64,000 bases of DNA from an uncultured Methanobacteriaceae archaeon (GCA_963719565.1 CAVRCP010000051.1:803790-867789); one strand, 5' to 3'; counted from the stretch's first letter, positions 13,786 through 28,251 are shown. Made by a program: numbers and translations. Notes: a model not told the origin generated them from the letters alone.

Positions 13786-14798
13786 CTAACCCTTGGTTTA
13801 GGGGCTTGTCCATGCCCATGATGTATTGGAGCTGGTTTTTCATTTGCCTGGTCCCGCATCTCCTTGCCAGTGACTGTTAAGAAAACATCTTCCAACGTGG
13901 ATTCATTGGAATTAGTTATGGAAGCGATATTTCCGCCTTCTCTCCTGATCGTGTCAATAATATTATTAAGAGCTTCTGCACCGGTTGCACTAATCTTAAG
14001 ATTGTGATCATCTTGTTGTGCCAAGGCAGATACGACTTCAAGGGATCTGATCTTCTCGACTAGTTCAGATGTTAAATTCATGATTTTAGTACCAAATACA
14101 CTTACATCGCTATGCGATATCATATTTTTCAGATTTTGTGGTGTATCTAAAGCAGCAATCTTACCATGGTCGATAATTGCAACCCGGTCACTCAAAGCTT
14201 CAGCTTCTGTCATAGCATGAGTTGTTAATATGACTGTCACCCCTGTCTTGTTGATCTCACGGGTAATATCCCTTATAGAAAATGTTGTTTGCGGATCAAG
14301 ACCAAGCGTCGGCTCATCCATGAACAGGATATTTGGTTCTGGTATCAATGCTCTTACAACATTTATACGCTGCTTCATACCAGTGGAAAACTTGCTAATT
14401 TGTGTGTGCTTCCACTCTTGCATGTCAACCATATCAAGCAACTCATCAATCCTTTCCTCCAACCTCTGCTTCGGCATAGCGTAAAGTTTACCAAAAAACC
14501 GTAGATTCTCAGCTGCAGTAAGTTTATCATACATTATCATTTTCTCTGCCACCAAACCGATATTCTCACGAACCTTGGCTGGTTCTTTAATTAGATCATA
14601 CCCTGAAATTTCAGCAGAGCCGGACGTAGGTTGAGCGAGCGTGCAGAGCATCCTTATGGTAGTACTCTTACCAGCACCGTTTGGGCCTAAAAAGCCAAAT
14701 ATTTCTCCTTCTTTCACATTCAACGATATATCATCCACTGCTGTGAAATTTCCGAACTTTTTAGTGAGATTATTCACCGTTATTGCATGTTCTGTCAT
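13782..14798 (-). CDS. ABC transporter ATP-binding protein
   Basis: Walker A GPNGAGKST, ABC signature, Walker B LFMDEPTLGLD, and a C-terminal extension. Confidence 0.85.
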   Translation of the reverse strand: MTEHAITVNNLTKKFGNFTAVDDISLNVKEGEIFGFLGPNGAGKSTTIRMLCTLAQPTSGSAEISGYDLIKEPAKVRENIGLVAEKMIMYDKLTAAENLRFFGKLYAMPKQRLEERIDELLDMVDMQEWKHTQISKFSTGMKQRINVVRALIPEPNILFMDEPTLGLDPQTTFSIRDITREINKTGVTVILTTHAMTEAEALSDRVAIIDHGKIAALDTPQNLKNMISHSDVSVFGTKIMNLTSELVEKIRSLEVVSALAQQDDHNLKISATGAEALNNIIDTIRREGGNIASITNSNESTLEDVFLTVTGKEMRDQANEKPAPIHHGHGQAPKPRVR

Positions 14799-14967
14799 TA
14801 TTATTTTAACTCCTCTTCATTTATTTTGAATTACTAAATAAACAGCTGAAACAAACTATAGCTAACCTGATTTCTGAACAAACAAAGAAATAGATTAAAT
14901 ATCGCTCCAGCGTTTAATTTATACGATTTATATCCTTTTTATTTTTTAAATAATGTTAAAATACCTA

Positions 14968-15507
14968 TTAATCCTCATGGAATGATTCTTTTATTTTTTT
15001 AAGTCTTTCGCTAAGGTTTCCTATCAATTCTTCGTGAGCAATTAACTTCTCCTTTTTAATGTCTTCTATATACGAGACATAGCCATCCATTTCCATCAAT
15101 GCATTTTCTATTGCGATTGCATTACGGTCCATATTTTTGCGGCGTACGTGTCCAAATATTAAACGTATAGTTTTCTCTCCTTTCTCGGTTAGCTCGTATC
15201 GTCCATCTTCCATTTTAATGATCAAATTTTCGTCTACCATTTTTTTAAGCATGGGATATACTGAGCCGGGTGAAGGTCGTTTTGCGTACTTTGAGTGTCC
15301 ATGATGACCTCTTTGATCCACATGATGCACGATATGCTGCATTCGTTCATGATGTGATTGAACGGCATCCATAATTTCTACACCATTTCTAGGGCCGTGT
15401 TCATCTAAGATGTGGAGTATCCATATTCTCAAACCTCTGGATTTTTGCATTTCTTCTATTCTTTCATGAAATACTGTGTGAAGATTTTTCCGTATGTCAT
15501 CAAACAT
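14968..15507 (-). CDS. PadR-family transcriptional regulator (likely controls the downstream ABC exporter)
   Basis: wHTH with PadR-like GYEL motif context (..GSVYPMLKKMVDENLI..DGRYELTEKG). First gene upstream of the ABC pair on the same strand. Confidence 0.65.
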   Translation of the reverse strand: MFDDIRKNLHTVFHERIEEMQKSRGLRIWILHILDEHGPRNGVEIMDAVQSHHERMQHIVHHVDQRGHHGHSKYAKRPSPGSVYPMLKKMVDENLIIKMEDGRYELTEKGEKTIRLIFGHVRRKNMDRNAIAIENALMEMDGYVSYIEDIKKEKLIAHEELIGNLSERLKKIKESFHED

Positions 15508-15821
15508 ATTTAATCTGTAACCTCCTATCGAATGTACGATATTTATCGTGAAATTGATTTTTAATATGGGTTATTTTGTCCTTTTACTGATTTATACAAC
15601 TATTAACATGATCAATATCGAATTATCGATATCGATTACTTGATATTACAATAAAGTAGTATATAAACTTCACGATAATTGATTAGAAAAATAAATTATC
15701 AAAAGTAAAGTTTAAAATCATCCACTTTCAAAAAATTTGTTTCATTAAAGAAAAATTAGACTTAGTTCAAACCAAAAAAATAGAAGGTTTAGAGTTGAAA
15801 AACACGTGAATCTTTTTTAAA

Positions 15822-16988
15822 TCAACTCTGATGAATAGCATCCTTAACCTTGCCAAAGAATCCTTTATCCTCAGCATAGATCTCATCGCCACCTTCATCT
15901 GCGAATTCCCGCAGAATCTCTTTCTGTCTAGGATTCAAGTTTTTAGGAGTCACTACTTTAACTTTTACATACAGATTTCCTTTGCCACCCCAGCGCATAT
16001 GAGGCATACCATGTCCCTTCATCCTAAATGAAGTACCGCTTTGTGTTCCTGCAGGTATTTTAAGATCCACATCACCATCTAAAGTAGGTGCCTCAACAGT
16101 ATCACCAAGTGAGGCTTGAACAAAACTTATAGGCATATCATAAATTAAGTCAGCACCGTCACGTTTAAATAATTCATGTTCCTTGACCCGTATCATAATA
16201 TAAAGGTCTCCTGGCGGACCTCCACGTTCACCAGCATTCCCCTCACCATTAACACGAAGACGATTCCCATCTTCCACACCTTGGGGAATTTTAATATGAA
16301 CAGTACTATTCTGCCTTACAATACCTTTGCCACGACATTCCTTACACGGAGTTTCAATTATCTTACCTTCACCACGACAAGTGTTACACGGTCTTATAGT
16401 GGCAAATTGACCTAAAGGAGTATTGCTAATATGTCGAACCTGACCACTTCCACCACACTCAGGGCACGTCCGGGGATTAGTCCCAGGTTCAGCTTTAGAA
16501 CCATGACATTGAGGACATATCTTCTCATGAAAAACTTCTATATCCTCTTCCAATCCTTTTGCAGCTTCCTCTAGTGTGATATCTAAATTATAGGCAAGAT
16601 CATCTCCTTGGCGAGGTCCATTTCTATTACCTCCTCCAAAACCGAAAAGATCGAATATATTCTCAAAACCACCGCCACCTCCTGCTGAATTGCCTCCAAA
16701 TCCAAAACCCTTGAATATATCTTCAAAGTTTATATTATTGTAGATGTCTTCTTGGGAGAATCCACCCATTCCAGCATGCCCGTATTGATCATAGGTACTT
16801 CTCTTCTCTTCATCAGATAGGACAGCATAGGCTTCGCTTACTTCCTTAAATTTATCCGCACTTTCTGGGTCTTCGCTGACATCTGGATGATATTTCATGG
16901 CCAGCTTACGGTAAGCCTTTTTAATATCCTTTTTATCAGAGTTTTTATCTACCCCAAGGACTTCATAATAATCACGCTTTTCTGCCAT
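15822..16988 (-). CDS. dnaJ: molecular chaperone DnaJ (Hsp40)
   Basis: J-domain with HPD (KYHPD), a G/F-rich linker, and four CxxCxGxG zinc-finger repeats. Confidence 0.9.
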   Translation of the reverse strand: MAEKRDYYEVLGVDKNSDKKDIKKAYRKLAMKYHPDVSEDPESADKFKEVSEAYAVLSDEEKRSTYDQYGHAGMGGFSQEDIYNNINFEDIFKGFGFGGNSAGGGGGFENIFDLFGFGGGNRNGPRQGDDLAYNLDITLEEAAKGLEEDIEVFHEKICPQCHGSKAEPGTNPRTCPECGGSGQVRHISNTPLGQFATIRPCNTCRGEGKIIETPCKECRGKGIVRQNSTVHIKIPQGVEDGNRLRVNGEGNAGERGGPPGDLYIMIRVKEHELFKRDGADLIYDMPISFVQASLGDTVEAPTLDGDVDLKIPAGTQSGTSFRMKGHGMPHMRWGGKGNLYVKVKVVTPKNLNPRQKEILREFADEGGDEIYAEDKGFFGKVKDAIHQS

Positions 16989-17217
16989 ATAAGATCTTAA
17001 CCTTCAATTGTTTTTTTTATAAAAATGATTTAAACTAATATTCTGTCTATTTAGTTATAATTTTCCCTTAAATATTCTTTTTCATTAAACATTAAAAAAT
17101 TTTTTATCTAAAATAAATATTATCGATAATATAATATCAATCATTCAATATAAATAATAAAAAAATTATGATCAGTAGGAAATAATTTATTCCTACTGCG
17201 TATTTCCTTAAATTTAT

Positions 17218-19092
17218 TCAAATTTTGTCTTCTTTGACCTTATAGTCAGCATCAATAGTATCCTCATCATCTTTAGGATCCTGACTAGCTTCTTGACCTT
17301 GAGTTTCTTGCTGAGCCTGGGCTTGTTCTTGCTGAGCCTGTTGATAAATAGCTGCACCTACCTCTTGCACAGCTTTAGTAAGCTCTTCAGTTTTAGTTTT
17401 GATTGCTGTAAGGTCATCTCCTCCAACCAATTCCCTTAACTCTTTAATTAAACCTTCAATATTGGATTTCTGATCGGCTTTCACTTTATCCCCTAATTCT
17501 TCAAGGGTTTTCTCGGAAGTGTAGATCATAGAATCAGCGTTATTCCTGACTTCTATTTCCTCCTGTTTCTTTTTATCCTCTTCAGCGTGTATTTCAGCTT
17601 CCTTAACCTTCTGGTCTATCTCATCTTTCGATAATTTGTTAGGAGCGGTTATAGTTACTTTTTGTTCTTTACCAGTTCCCATATCCTTGGCTGAAACATT
17701 CATTATACCATTGGCGTCAATGTCAAAGGTAACTTCAATTTGAGGCATTCCTCGAGGTGCTGGAGGTATTCCAACTAATTGGAATCTACCCAATGTAGTG
17801 TTACCGCTGGACATAGATCTTTCACCCTGCAAAACATGAATATCCACGGAAGTTTGACTGTCAGCTGCAGTGGTGAAAACTTGGCTTTTATTTGCGGGTA
17901 TTGTGGTGTTTTTTTCGATGAGTTTAGTGAATACACCCCCAAGAGTTTCTATACCTAAAGATAATGGAGTAACATCCAGTAATACCAGGTCTTTAATCTC
18001 TCCTGCTAATACAGCACCCTGAATAGCTGCACCTACAGCTACACATTCCATAGGGTCTATGCCACGTTCAACAGGCTTTCCAATGTAATCTTCTACAAAT
18101 TTCTGAACAGATGGCATTCTGGTTGGGCCGCCCACTAATATTATTTTGCTCACATCAGATTTAGTCATTTTAGCATCTTTTATAGCCTGTTCCATGGGAG
18201 CTGAGCATTTTTTAATTATGGGATCAACCAATTCCTCTAATTTAGCCCGGGTTAGGGTATGGGTAAGGTGTTTAGGTCCTTCCTGAGTGGCTGTTATGAA
18301 CGGCAAGTTTATATCAGTTTTAAGAGTAGTTGAAAGTTCTATTTTAGCTTTCTCAGAAGCTTCACGGAGTCTTTGCACAGCTTGATCATCGTTCATGAGA
18401 TCTACACCGGTTTCTTTTTTGAACTCTCCTGCAAGGTAATTCATCACCACAGCATCCATATCTGTTCCACCCAGTTTCGTGTCTCCATTGGTGGATTTTA
18501 CTTCAAATACTCCTTCACCGAATTCCATAATGGTAACGTCTAGTGTTCCACCTCCAAAGTCAAATACTAGTATCTCTAATTCTTCTTCTGTTTCCTTATC
18601 TATACCGTACGCTAAACTAGCAGCTGTGGGTTCATTAACTAGTCTGACAACTTCTAGACCAGCTATAGTGCCGGCATCCTTGGTGGCGGTTCTTTGATTA
18701 TCATCGAAATAAGCGGGAACAGTTATCACTGCTTTTTTCACTTCTTCACCTAGGAATGCTTCAGCGTCCTTTTTTATTTTTTGGAGTATGAATGCTGATA
18801 TTTCCTGGGGAGTGTACTGCTTGCCTCGCACATCCACTTTGTAACTAGTACCCATTTGTCTTTTTATCGAGGTTATAGTGTATTCTGGATTGGTGACCGC
18901 TTGTCTTCTTGCTGGTTCACCTACTAGCCTTTGCCCATCTTCTGTAAATGCTACGTAACTGGGGAATGATTTACCATACTGTGTGGCTCCTTCTGCGCTG
19001 GGTATTATAGTGGGTTTACCACCGATAAGTGCTGCTGCTGCTGAGTTACTTGTTCCTAAATCTATACCTATTATTTTCTCTTTTTTAGCCAT
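17218..19092 (-). CDS. dnaK: molecular chaperone DnaK (Hsp70)
   Basis: [18 protein letters not shown]-like and VGGPTRMP-like Hsp70 signature motifs; 624 aa. Confidence 0.95.
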   Translation of the reverse strand: MAKKEKIIGIDLGTSNSAAAALIGGKPTIIPSAEGATQYGKSFPSYVAFTEDGQRLVGEPARRQAVTNPEYTITSIKRQMGTSYKVDVRGKQYTPQEISAFILQKIKKDAEAFLGEEVKKAVITVPAYFDDNQRTATKDAGTIAGLEVVRLVNEPTAASLAYGIDKETEEELEILVFDFGGGTLDVTIMEFGEGVFEVKSTNGDTKLGGTDMDAVVMNYLAGEFKKETGVDLMNDDQAVQRLREASEKAKIELSTTLKTDINLPFITATQEGPKHLTHTLTRAKLEELVDPIIKKCSAPMEQAIKDAKMTKSDVSKIILVGGPTRMPSVQKFVEDYIGKPVERGIDPMECVAVGAAIQGAVLAGEIKDLVLLDVTPLSLGIETLGGVFTKLIEKNTTIPANKSQVFTTAADSQTSVDIHVLQGERSMSSGNTTLGRFQLVGIPPAPRGMPQIEVTFDIDANGIMNVSAKDMGTGKEQKVTITAPNKLSKDEIDQKVKEAEIHAEEDKKKQEEIEVRNNADSMIYTSEKTLEELGDKVKADQKSNIEGLIKELRELVGGDDLTAIKTKTEELTKAVQEVGAAIYQQAQQEQAQAQQETQGQEASQDPKDDEDTIDADYKVKEDKI

Positions 19093-19656
19093 TTAATTCA
19101 CCTTTTTTTTACAAACTTTAACTTTTGAATATTTAATAACCTTAGAATCTAACGTGTATCCTTTTCCAAGTTCTTCTATTATCATACCATTCTTGTAATC
19201 TTCATTATCTTCAATCATAAGTGCTTCATGTTTGAAGGGGTCGAATTTTTCACCTTCACAACATATTTCTTGGAGTCCTTCTCTTTCTAGAATGTCTTGC
19301 AATTTATTATAGATCATTTCCACTCCTTCTCGAAGATCGTGGGATTTTTCGGCTTTTAATGCTCTTCCTAAGTCCTCATAAGCATCTATAATTTTTAAAA
19401 TTAAATTTTCATTAGCGTATCTTATATACTCTTTAAGATCCTTCTCTGATCTTTTTTTGTAATTGTCAAAATCGGCTTGAAGACGTTGGATTTGAGAATA
19501 GTAATCATCTATTGTCTGATCCTTTTCTGTTATCTTCTGATTTATCTGGTTTATTTCTTGATCCTTTTCTTCTATTACCTCATTTAGTCTATTGATTTCA
19601 GAATTCAGATCATCTAGTTGTTTTTTTAATTTTTCTAATTCTTGTTTATTGCTCAT
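19093..19656 (-). CDS. grpE: nucleotide exchange factor GrpE
   Basis: 187 aa with a coiled-coil N-terminus and a GrpE C-terminal beta domain, immediately upstream of dnaK (stop adjacent to the dnaK start). Confidence 0.8.
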   Translation of the reverse strand: MSNKQELEKLKKQLDDLNSEINRLNEVIEEKDQEINQINQKITEKDQTIDDYYSQIQRLQADFDNYKKRSEKDLKEYIRYANENLILKIIDAYEDLGRALKAEKSHDLREGVEMIYNKLQDILEREGLQEICCEGEKFDPFKHEALMIEDNEDYKNGMIIEELGKGYTLDSKVIKYSKVKVCKKKVN

Positions 19657-19701
19657 TTATTCACCTTTTACATGCATGAGTGGTGATGGTAACATTTAAC
19701 T

Positions 19702-19813
19702 ATTATAGTTACCAAAGGTTATATAAACCTTTCGAAGAATTCGAATATTATAGTTACCAAAAGTTATATAAATCTTTAAATTATTATAGTTACTAAATGT
19801 TATATAAATCTTT
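19702..19813. repeat. three tandem direct repeats (~31 bp) in the divergent intergenic region
   Basis: Each copy reads ATTATAGTTACCAAAGGTTATATAAACCTTT with 2-4 substitutions. Copies lie at 19702-19732, 19747-19777 and 19783-19813. Each carries a TATA-like GTTATATAAA preceded by a purine-rich stretch. Confidence 0.65.
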
Positions 19814-19897
19814 CTAGTAGAAAAACAAAATAAATAAAGATCAAATAAAATTAAAGCATCAGAAATTAATTATAAATTAATTGATCAGTGATAAACA

Positions 19898-20395
19898 ATG
19901 AATTTAGAGGACATATTAAACGTAATGGGATGTAAAACTCGTAGAGACATACTTAATCTGATAAGAGATGAGCCACGCTTCGTAAGTCAGATATCCCGCG
20001 AATTAGAAGTAGGTCAAAAAGCCATAATAGAACATTTAAGAGCCATGGAAAATACGGGTTTATTAAACTCATCCTTCCAGAAAATAGAGCGTGGAAGACC
20101 TCGAAAGTACTATGACATCTCCAACGACATTGAATTCCAAATATTCATCAGCCAAGGGACTATTCGCTTAAAAGTACCAGGCCACGAATTCCAAGAACTA
20201 CAAAAGCTCGAAGAAAAAGCTAGAATGGGAGAAGAAGTATCAGAAGAACTGGAAAACCTCATAAAAGATTATGAGAAAGCCATGGAAATTGCAAAAACTC
20301 TTTTAAAACAATTAAATGAAAGAAAAATGGCATTAAAGAAACGTTCAATGAACCTGCCAGTCTTAACTGATGATAAATCCCATAATTCTGGTTAA
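19898..20395 (+). CDS. Phr/HSR1-like winged-helix heat-shock transcriptional regulator
   Basis: The N-terminal wHTH closely resembles the Pyrococcus Phr core (as I recall it): [40 protein letters not shown]...RGRPRKYY, followed by a coiled-coil C-terminus. Divergently transcribed from grpE-dnaK-dnaJ. Confidence 0.6.
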   Translation: MNLEDILNVMGCKTRRDILNLIRDEPRFVSQISRELEVGQKAIIEHLRAMENTGLLNSSFQKIERGRPRKYYDISNDIEFQIFISQGTIRLKVPGHEFQELQKLEEKARMGEEVSEELENLIKDYEKAMEIAKTLLKQLNERKMALKKRSMNLPVLTDDKSHNSG

Positions 20396-20425
20396 AAAAA
20401 ATAAATGTGCCATGTGGGTTTTGAA

Positions 20426-22750
<2,325 letters not shown>

Positions 22751-22826
22751 AATTTATAGTTAAATAAATGTTTATAAACTATTAAGATAATTTTTTTTAA
22801 TATTTATAAGGTAATAAATTAAACTG

Positions 22827-23606
22827 GTGGATGAATTAGTGACGAACGTGAATGAAATTCTTAAAAAACTTATAGAAGGGGAAATATCCCTGGAAGAAGC
22901 TGAAAAAAAACTTAAAACTATGCAAATTCGAGAAATAGAGGATTTTGCTAAATTAGACATGTGCAGGGATATTAGAACTGGAATTCCAGAAGTGATTTTT
23001 GCAGAGGGAAAAGAGGAAGATCAACTGTTGAAAATAATATTAGCAGCTACGGACAAAGGACGTTTAATGATTACTAAACTTAATAATGATAAATATAATG
23101 CAATAAAAGAAGAATTAAGCTTACTAGAAGGTTTTAAAATTGATTACCATAAAAGAGCGAACATATTGCTTGTTAAAGATCATGAAATTGAAAGAGAAGT
23201 TAAAATTGGTGTGATAACTGCGGGAACTTCGGATATTCCAGTTGCAGAAGAAGCGAAAATAACAGCTGAGGAGATGGGTTGTGAAGTTTTAAATGCATAT
23301 GATGTTGGTGTAGCAGGAATTCATCGACTTTTTTCACATGTGAGAAGCATGATTGAAGAGGATGTTAAAGCATTGATAGTCGTTGCTGGAATGGAGGGAG
23401 CATTACCTTCGGTAATTGCAGGATTAGTGGACATACCGGTTATTGGAGTTCCTACATCTATAGGTTATGGTGTTGGTGAAGGCGGGTTCGCTGCGCTTTT
23501 TGCAATGCTTCAGTCATGTGCTCCAGGTGTTGCAGTTGTAAATATAGATAATGGATTTGGTGCTGGCGTTTTTGCGACTAAAATAGCCAAACAAATTATA
23601 AGTTAA
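22827..23606 (+). CDS. larB: PurE-like nickel-pincer cofactor biosynthesis protein LarB
   Basis: 259 aa PurE/AIR-carboxylase-like fold ([16 protein letters not shown]...[28 protein letters not shown]) with an N-terminal extension typical of LarB. Confidence 0.6.
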   Translation: MDELVTNVNEILKKLIEGEISLEEAEKKLKTMQIREIEDFAKLDMCRDIRTGIPEVIFAEGKEEDQLLKIILAATDKGRLMITKLNNDKYNAIKEELSLLEGFKIDYHKRANILLVKDHEIEREVKIGVITAGTSDIPVAEEAKITAEEMGCEVLNAYDVGVAGIHRLFSHVRSMIEEDVKALIVVAGMEGALPSVIAGLVDIPVIGVPTSIGYGVGEGGFAALFAMLQSCAPGVAVVNIDNGFGAGVFATKIAKQIIS

Positions 23607-23634
23607 AAATCCCGTTAAATTTTTTTGATGAATC

Positions 23635-23955
23635 CTATTTTTGTATACAATACTCCTCTCCCCAATCACATAGGGCTTCTAAAATAGGCATAACAGAATA
23701 ACCTTTTTCAGTGAGTGAGTATTCAACTTTTGGCGGTACTTCTGCGTAAACCTTCCGGTTAATTAAACCATCTCTCTCTAATTCACGAAGTTGCTTTGTA
23801 AGCATTCGTTCTGTTATGGATATTAAAATTTTATTAATTTCACTGAAACGTAACTTTCCATCCATTAATATCCATATGATTACTGGTTTCCATTTGCCGC
23901 CTAATTCATCTAAAGCAGCCTCTACTGCATAACAATAATCTCTATTTATAGTCAT
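23635..23955 (-). CDS. HxlR-family transcriptional regulator
   Basis: [11 protein letters not shown]...I...L..G..RF.E.....I...ML...L.ELE.DGL. pattern; 106 aa. Confidence 0.7.
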   Translation of the reverse strand: MTINRDYCYAVEAALDELGGKWKPVIIWILMDGKLRFSEINKILISITERMLTKQLRELERDGLINRKVYAEVPPKVEYSLTEKGYSVMPILEALCDWGEEYCIQK

Positions 23956-24086
23956 AAAAAATTCACCCCTGTACTTAACCGTAGTTCCTATACAAAATGT
24001 TAGTATATAACTTTATCATCCATACTTAGTTTAAATAGTATTAGTTACAATTTACTATTTATACAATTAAAACTTGAGGTGAAATA

Positions 24087-24179
24087 AATGCAGGTTAAAT
24101 TTGATTTACAGCACTTCTGCTGCGGTCCTAAAGGCTGCGAAATCGAAGTTGAATACGGCGAAATGATGGACGCTGAATA
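24087..24179 (+). CDS. candidate 30-aa cysteine-containing small ORF, not in the ORF track
   Basis: GAGGTGA SD 7 nt upstream of the ATG. Sequence MQVKFDLQHFCCGPKGCEIEVEYGEMMDAE. Divergent from the HxlR gene. Confidence 0.25.
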
Positions 24180-24603
24180 AAAGGTATGAAAATATTAATT
24201 ATTTTAAGCTGATCAAAAAATCACAATTTATTTTTTTTCTTTTTTTCAAATTATCCGTGGCGGTCATATTTTATTTCTCTATGTATTTCCACCATGTGGA
24301 CAACATATATACACAAACCACAAATGGATGGCTCCAACTCTCGAATTTGCTTATAATCCTCTTTAGAGCATGATTGTTCTCTTATTTTATCGGAATAATT
24401 ACATGATCCTATTCGCTCTTCTTACGTATTTTATTTACTTTTAGGTATTTCATAATACTTTAATTGATTTAACATTTCAATCTAAAGATCTCGCGTTGTA
24501 AATTATTTATGGCTTATTTTTGAGGAAATTAGGATTTCCATTGATTTAGCTTCAACTTCTCCTGCCATGAAACCGTATCTAGTTCACTCTTATAATTATC
24601 CTC

Positions 24604-25098
24604 TTAAAGATACTTCTTTAAATAAATCAAATCCTCACCATCAAATCTGGCATGATTCTCTATGCTAACTGGTTTAAAACCTTTTTTAACCAATAATATT
24701 AGCATATCCTCATTATCTGCGAAAACAGATATATCTACTGCTTTAAAACCATTTCTTTTTGCTAGTTTTAATCCTTCTTCTATTAAAGCTTTCCCTACAC
24801 CTTTAAAACGGTGATTTTTATGAACAACAGTACCTATAATCTCGAATCCTTTAATTACATCATTTTTAAATGCAGAGATGCCAATTATATCATTATTAGA
24901 TGATAATGCAATGTAATATTCCACTTCCTCCTGCACAGAGTTTTTTAAGAATGATGTGATTATGTGAGAATTAAAATTAACTCCGCTAATGGATAAGTAT
25001 TTCAAAGTATCTTTTTCATTGAATAGTTCTAAATAAGCATTTTCTAGTTTAGAGAAATGTTCATTGTCAAGATTAGGATCATACGCTAAAATTTTCAC
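24604..25098 (-). CDS. GNAT-family N-acetyltransferase
   Basis: HRFKGVGKALIEEGLKLAKRNG matches the acetyl-CoA-binding motif A of the GNAT fold; 164 aa. Confidence 0.75.
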   Translation of the reverse strand: MKILAYDPNLDNEHFSKLENAYLELFNEKDTLKYLSISGVNFNSHIITSFLKNSVQEEVEYYIALSSNNDIIGISAFKNDVIKGFEIIGTVVHKNHRFKGVGKALIEEGLKLAKRNGFKAVDISVFADNEDMLILLVKKGFKPVSIENHARFDGEDLIYLKKYL

Positions 25099-25147
25099 TA
25101 TTACACCTTACAGATTCTGATATAAAATATTTCATAATTTTTTTTTA

Positions 25148-26956
25148 TTATATTTTCTTATTATCTTCTAATGATCCAGTGTAAGTTGCATAGAAACCAT
25201 CGGTATCGGCATATATTGGTTTGAAATTGGATTTTTCAGCTTTTTCCATGGCGTTCTTAATGAAATCTCTTCCCCAGGCAGTTATGGCATCTGCACATTC
25301 CAAACTGTACCATCTAAATAAACTGAAACCATAAACTCCATACATGGAGTTGGCGAGTCTTTTTAAAGCTTCTTGCTGCACATTTAGAACTTGTTGTTCT
25401 CTGGAATCCGTGGACTGTTCCATAATGGACTTAATTCGCAATCTCTCTCTAATAACTTTACCAATAACTGATGGTACAAACCCTATTGGTTCTTTACGGA
25501 ACTTATGTCCTGCTTCGGGTGAGATGTAACAATTTTCTTCATCACAATCCTCCATAAGGCTGTCTGGAGAAATATTCTTAGAGAGTATTATGCTAGGATA
25601 TAAACTTCTAAAATCGAAGGATACAATGTTTTCATGTAAACCTTTTACTGGATCCTTAACATAGCCTCCGACTATGCTTCTCCCTTTCCGCTCAGAGAAT
25701 TTGGATGATGATGGTTTATTGGGTACTATATCTCCATATTCAAAGGCTTTCCTTATTAAATACCATTCCACTTGTTGACCGGTAGCCATACGTGCCACGT
25801 CAAATAAAGGTTGGCCTACAATTCGTGTCAATTCAATACTCAAAGGTATCATTTTCTCCCCAATTTTTGTAACGGCCACAGCATCTTCCAATGAGTATTC
25901 AAATAGCTGCTCCAATTTTTCACCGTTATCGGTCCAACAACTGTAGATTTCATCACCGGGAATATCAATCTTATCCTCTCCAAAAAGCTCATTATAGACT
26001 CTTTCCAGAGTATAACGGTCTAATTGAAGATAACGGCGCATTCCTGGGTAAAGATCAATGTGAACTCTGCCTTTTACCACTGCGGCATTTGTAAAACCCC
26101 GCCTCATGAATTTAAGGATGGATCCATCTACTCCTAATTCAAGAGGCACACCTAACTTTGCTGCCCGATCTCTAATATAAGGGAAATCAAAAACATCTGA
26201 ATTGTAGCCGAGGATTAGATCAGGGTTTTCAGATTTAATGGTTTCAACGAATTTTTTTAATAATTCCCTCTCATCATGTACAAATTCAACGAAATCAAAG
26301 GATGAATTCTTAGTGGAAAATACTTTGCGAAAACCATGGTTGCCGGAGAAACTGATCATGATAATAGGATCTTCACGCTCTAGTGGCATACCCTTGGGAT
26401 TACAGGCTTCAATATCAAAACTCAGAATTTTGAGTTCGGGTGATTCGGATTCCAATGGTTTAGGCTGATTTTCTACTTCAAAAATGCATGTTTTGTTTTC
26501 TAGTAAAGCTCGAGTGGAAGTTAAGCATTTACCTTGTACTTCCACCATATTCATTGGGAAAATGCCTTTATCTATTAGGTATCGGCGGTAAAATGGAATA
26601 TCATGTTCTCTAACCTCCTTTACGGATGATAGATCCCATATTTTCTCTCTTAACTTAGGTACATCTTGTGGGTGTTTCAAGGTTATCTTCAGGAACTCTT
26701 TGACTTCTCCAATATCATTTTTGCAGATTCTTTCTACTTTGAGAAGTTCTAATTCGCTTAATTCATGTATACACTCGTCAATATCATAAGGAAGGACGTA
26801 AATGTAAGGTTTAAAGCTTCGATCTAAAGCTATTATTGATTTATCATCATTTTCTCTGGTGAGTTTACCGAATAATCTTATAACTGCTTCATTATTCTCA
26901 GTGATGTAGTCGATATCTAAAAGCACGAATTTTTTAGTTTCCATAATGATATTCAA
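25148..26956 (-). CDS. polB: family B DNA polymerase, large N-terminal fragment of a split PolB
   Basis: Exo I (FDIEA), Exo II ([11 protein letters not shown]), Pol motif A ([10 protein letters not shown]), motif B ([11 protein letters not shown]) and motif C (YADTDG). The ORF stops 17 aa after motif C, so the thumb domain must be encoded elsewhere. Confidence 0.85.
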   Translation of the reverse strand: MNIIMETKKFVLLDIDYITENNEAVIRLFGKLTRENDDKSIIALDRSFKPYIYVLPYDIDECIHELSELELLKVERICKNDIGEVKEFLKITLKHPQDVPKLREKIWDLSSVKEVREHDIPFYRRYLIDKGIFPMNMVEVQGKCLTSTRALLENKTCIFEVENQPKPLESESPELKILSFDIEACNPKGMPLEREDPIIMISFSGNHGFRKVFSTKNSSFDFVEFVHDERELLKKFVETIKSENPDLILGYNSDVFDFPYIRDRAAKLGVPLELGVDGSILKFMRRGFTNAAVVKGRVHIDLYPGMRRYLQLDRYTLERVYNELFGEDKIDIPGDEIYSCWTDNGEKLEQLFEYSLEDAVAVTKIGEKMIPLSIELTRIVGQPLFDVARMATGQQVEWYLIRKAFEYGDIVPNKPSSSKFSERKGRSIVGGYVKDPVKGLHENIVSFDFRSLYPSIILSKNISPDSLMEDCDEENCYISPEAGHKFRKEPIGFVPSVIGKVIRERLRIKSIMEQSTDSREQQVLNVQQEALKRLANSMYGVYGFSLFRWYSLECADAITAWGRDFIKNAMEKAEKSNFKPIYADTDGFYATYTGSLEDNKKI

Positions 26957-27327
26957 TTTATAGATATGATCGTATATAATTTGTTAAATTCTTAACAGAT
27001 ATTTATTGGTCCGGCACAGTAATTGGAGTAAACAAGGCTAGTGCGATAACTATTAAGCTTTAATTTAAAGATCAAGGACTGTTATATTATAATTTAAAAT
27101 AAAAAAATAAAAAAGATTCATTGACAAGATCAAATCTGCAAAAAAAATATTCAGAAGGATTGCTTTGCGATTTAATGATAAAGATTTGAAATGCCAGAAT
27201 TATTGAGTAATAAATTAATTATTATTAGATGAAGATTCATGTTTGAACAATTCAATGTTTTTTTTGGGCTCTAAGGTTCAAATATAAAAAAAGATCGTGT
27301 TATAACATCAAAAACTATAGTTTTCTT

Positions 27328-27888
27328 TTAATCAAAATGTTTAGCGAATAACTTAATTATATCTTTAGGATCTTTAATTATGAAGGTATCATGCATTTTT
27401 GCAAGTTTTTGAACATGTTCAACATCTTCTTTTCTGATTGTTATTTTTAAATCCTTTCCATCTGGCAGTTTTGTAATGGTAACTCCTTCCTCATAATCGG
27501 AGGGTAATATATAAATTGGCACGTCTGCCTTCTGCCCCATTATCGCGGAATTAGAAATTAAAGTGTCACCCATCCTCATAGATATCTTTGCAACAGTGTT
27601 AGAAGAGGCAGGCGCTATTAAAAGGAATTCGTATTTACCTAATTGAATTTGACCAGCTAAAAATGGCGAATTAGCGTTTATTTCAACCCAAATATTCTCA
27701 AAACTACTTTCTAGTTCATTGGATATTCCATAATACTTTACAACTTGATCCCCTGCTTTTGAAACGTAAACTTCTATGTCTACTTGATCTTGGTACTCTG
27801 CATTTATTTTCTTCATTACTTCCAAGGTTTCCACTATTTTATCGCCAGCACCGGTAATTCCCCATGCAACAATTTTTCTTTTTCCCAT
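27328..27888 (-). CDS. archaeoflavoprotein AfpA-like flavoprotein (flavoprotein of the PPC-decarboxylase fold)
   Basis: KIVAWGITGAGD N-terminal flavin-binding motif; 186 aa. Confidence 0.5.
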   Translation of the reverse strand: MGKRKIVAWGITGAGDKIVETLEVMKKINAEYQDQVDIEVYVSKAGDQVVKYYGISNELESSFENIWVEINANSPFLAGQIQLGKYEFLLIAPASSNTVAKISMRMGDTLISNSAIMGQKADVPIYILPSDYEEGVTITKLPDGKDLKITIRKEDVEHVQKLAKMHDTFIIKDPKDIIKLFAKHFD

Positions 27889-28251
27889 AAAATTAAAACT
27901 CCTGAATAAATAATTTTCTGTATAAATATTTAGAAACTGGTTCTATAATAAATTTCCCTAAGCAAACTCTTTTCATATTAAGAACCATAAAACATCAGAA
28001 TAATAAAACAGAAAACTCCATACTCACTAAAAAAAAAATTTAAAGTTCATAAATCATTTATATATTCACACCAAAAATATCCAGTATCGCTGTTTTCAAG
28101 TTTCAAGAGTTTTATTGAATACTAATATCAACTTTAGTTTAGTCAAAAATTTGAAATTCATTAATAGAATAAAAAGGTTTTTATAATTCTATAAAGAGTT
28201 CTAAAAGCTTAAAATTACATTATGGTAAATAAATTCTTTATGGTTAATTAA

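Noticed and set aside
19702-19813. Three direct repeats as a possible mini-CRISPR array or replication-origin ORB elements
   Set aside because: There are only three copies with unequal spacing (45 and 36 bp) and the copies are AT-rich and degenerate. There is no cas gene or ORB consensus (no GGAAA/TCCA core). The location between a regulator and its probable target operon favours operator or promoter repeats.
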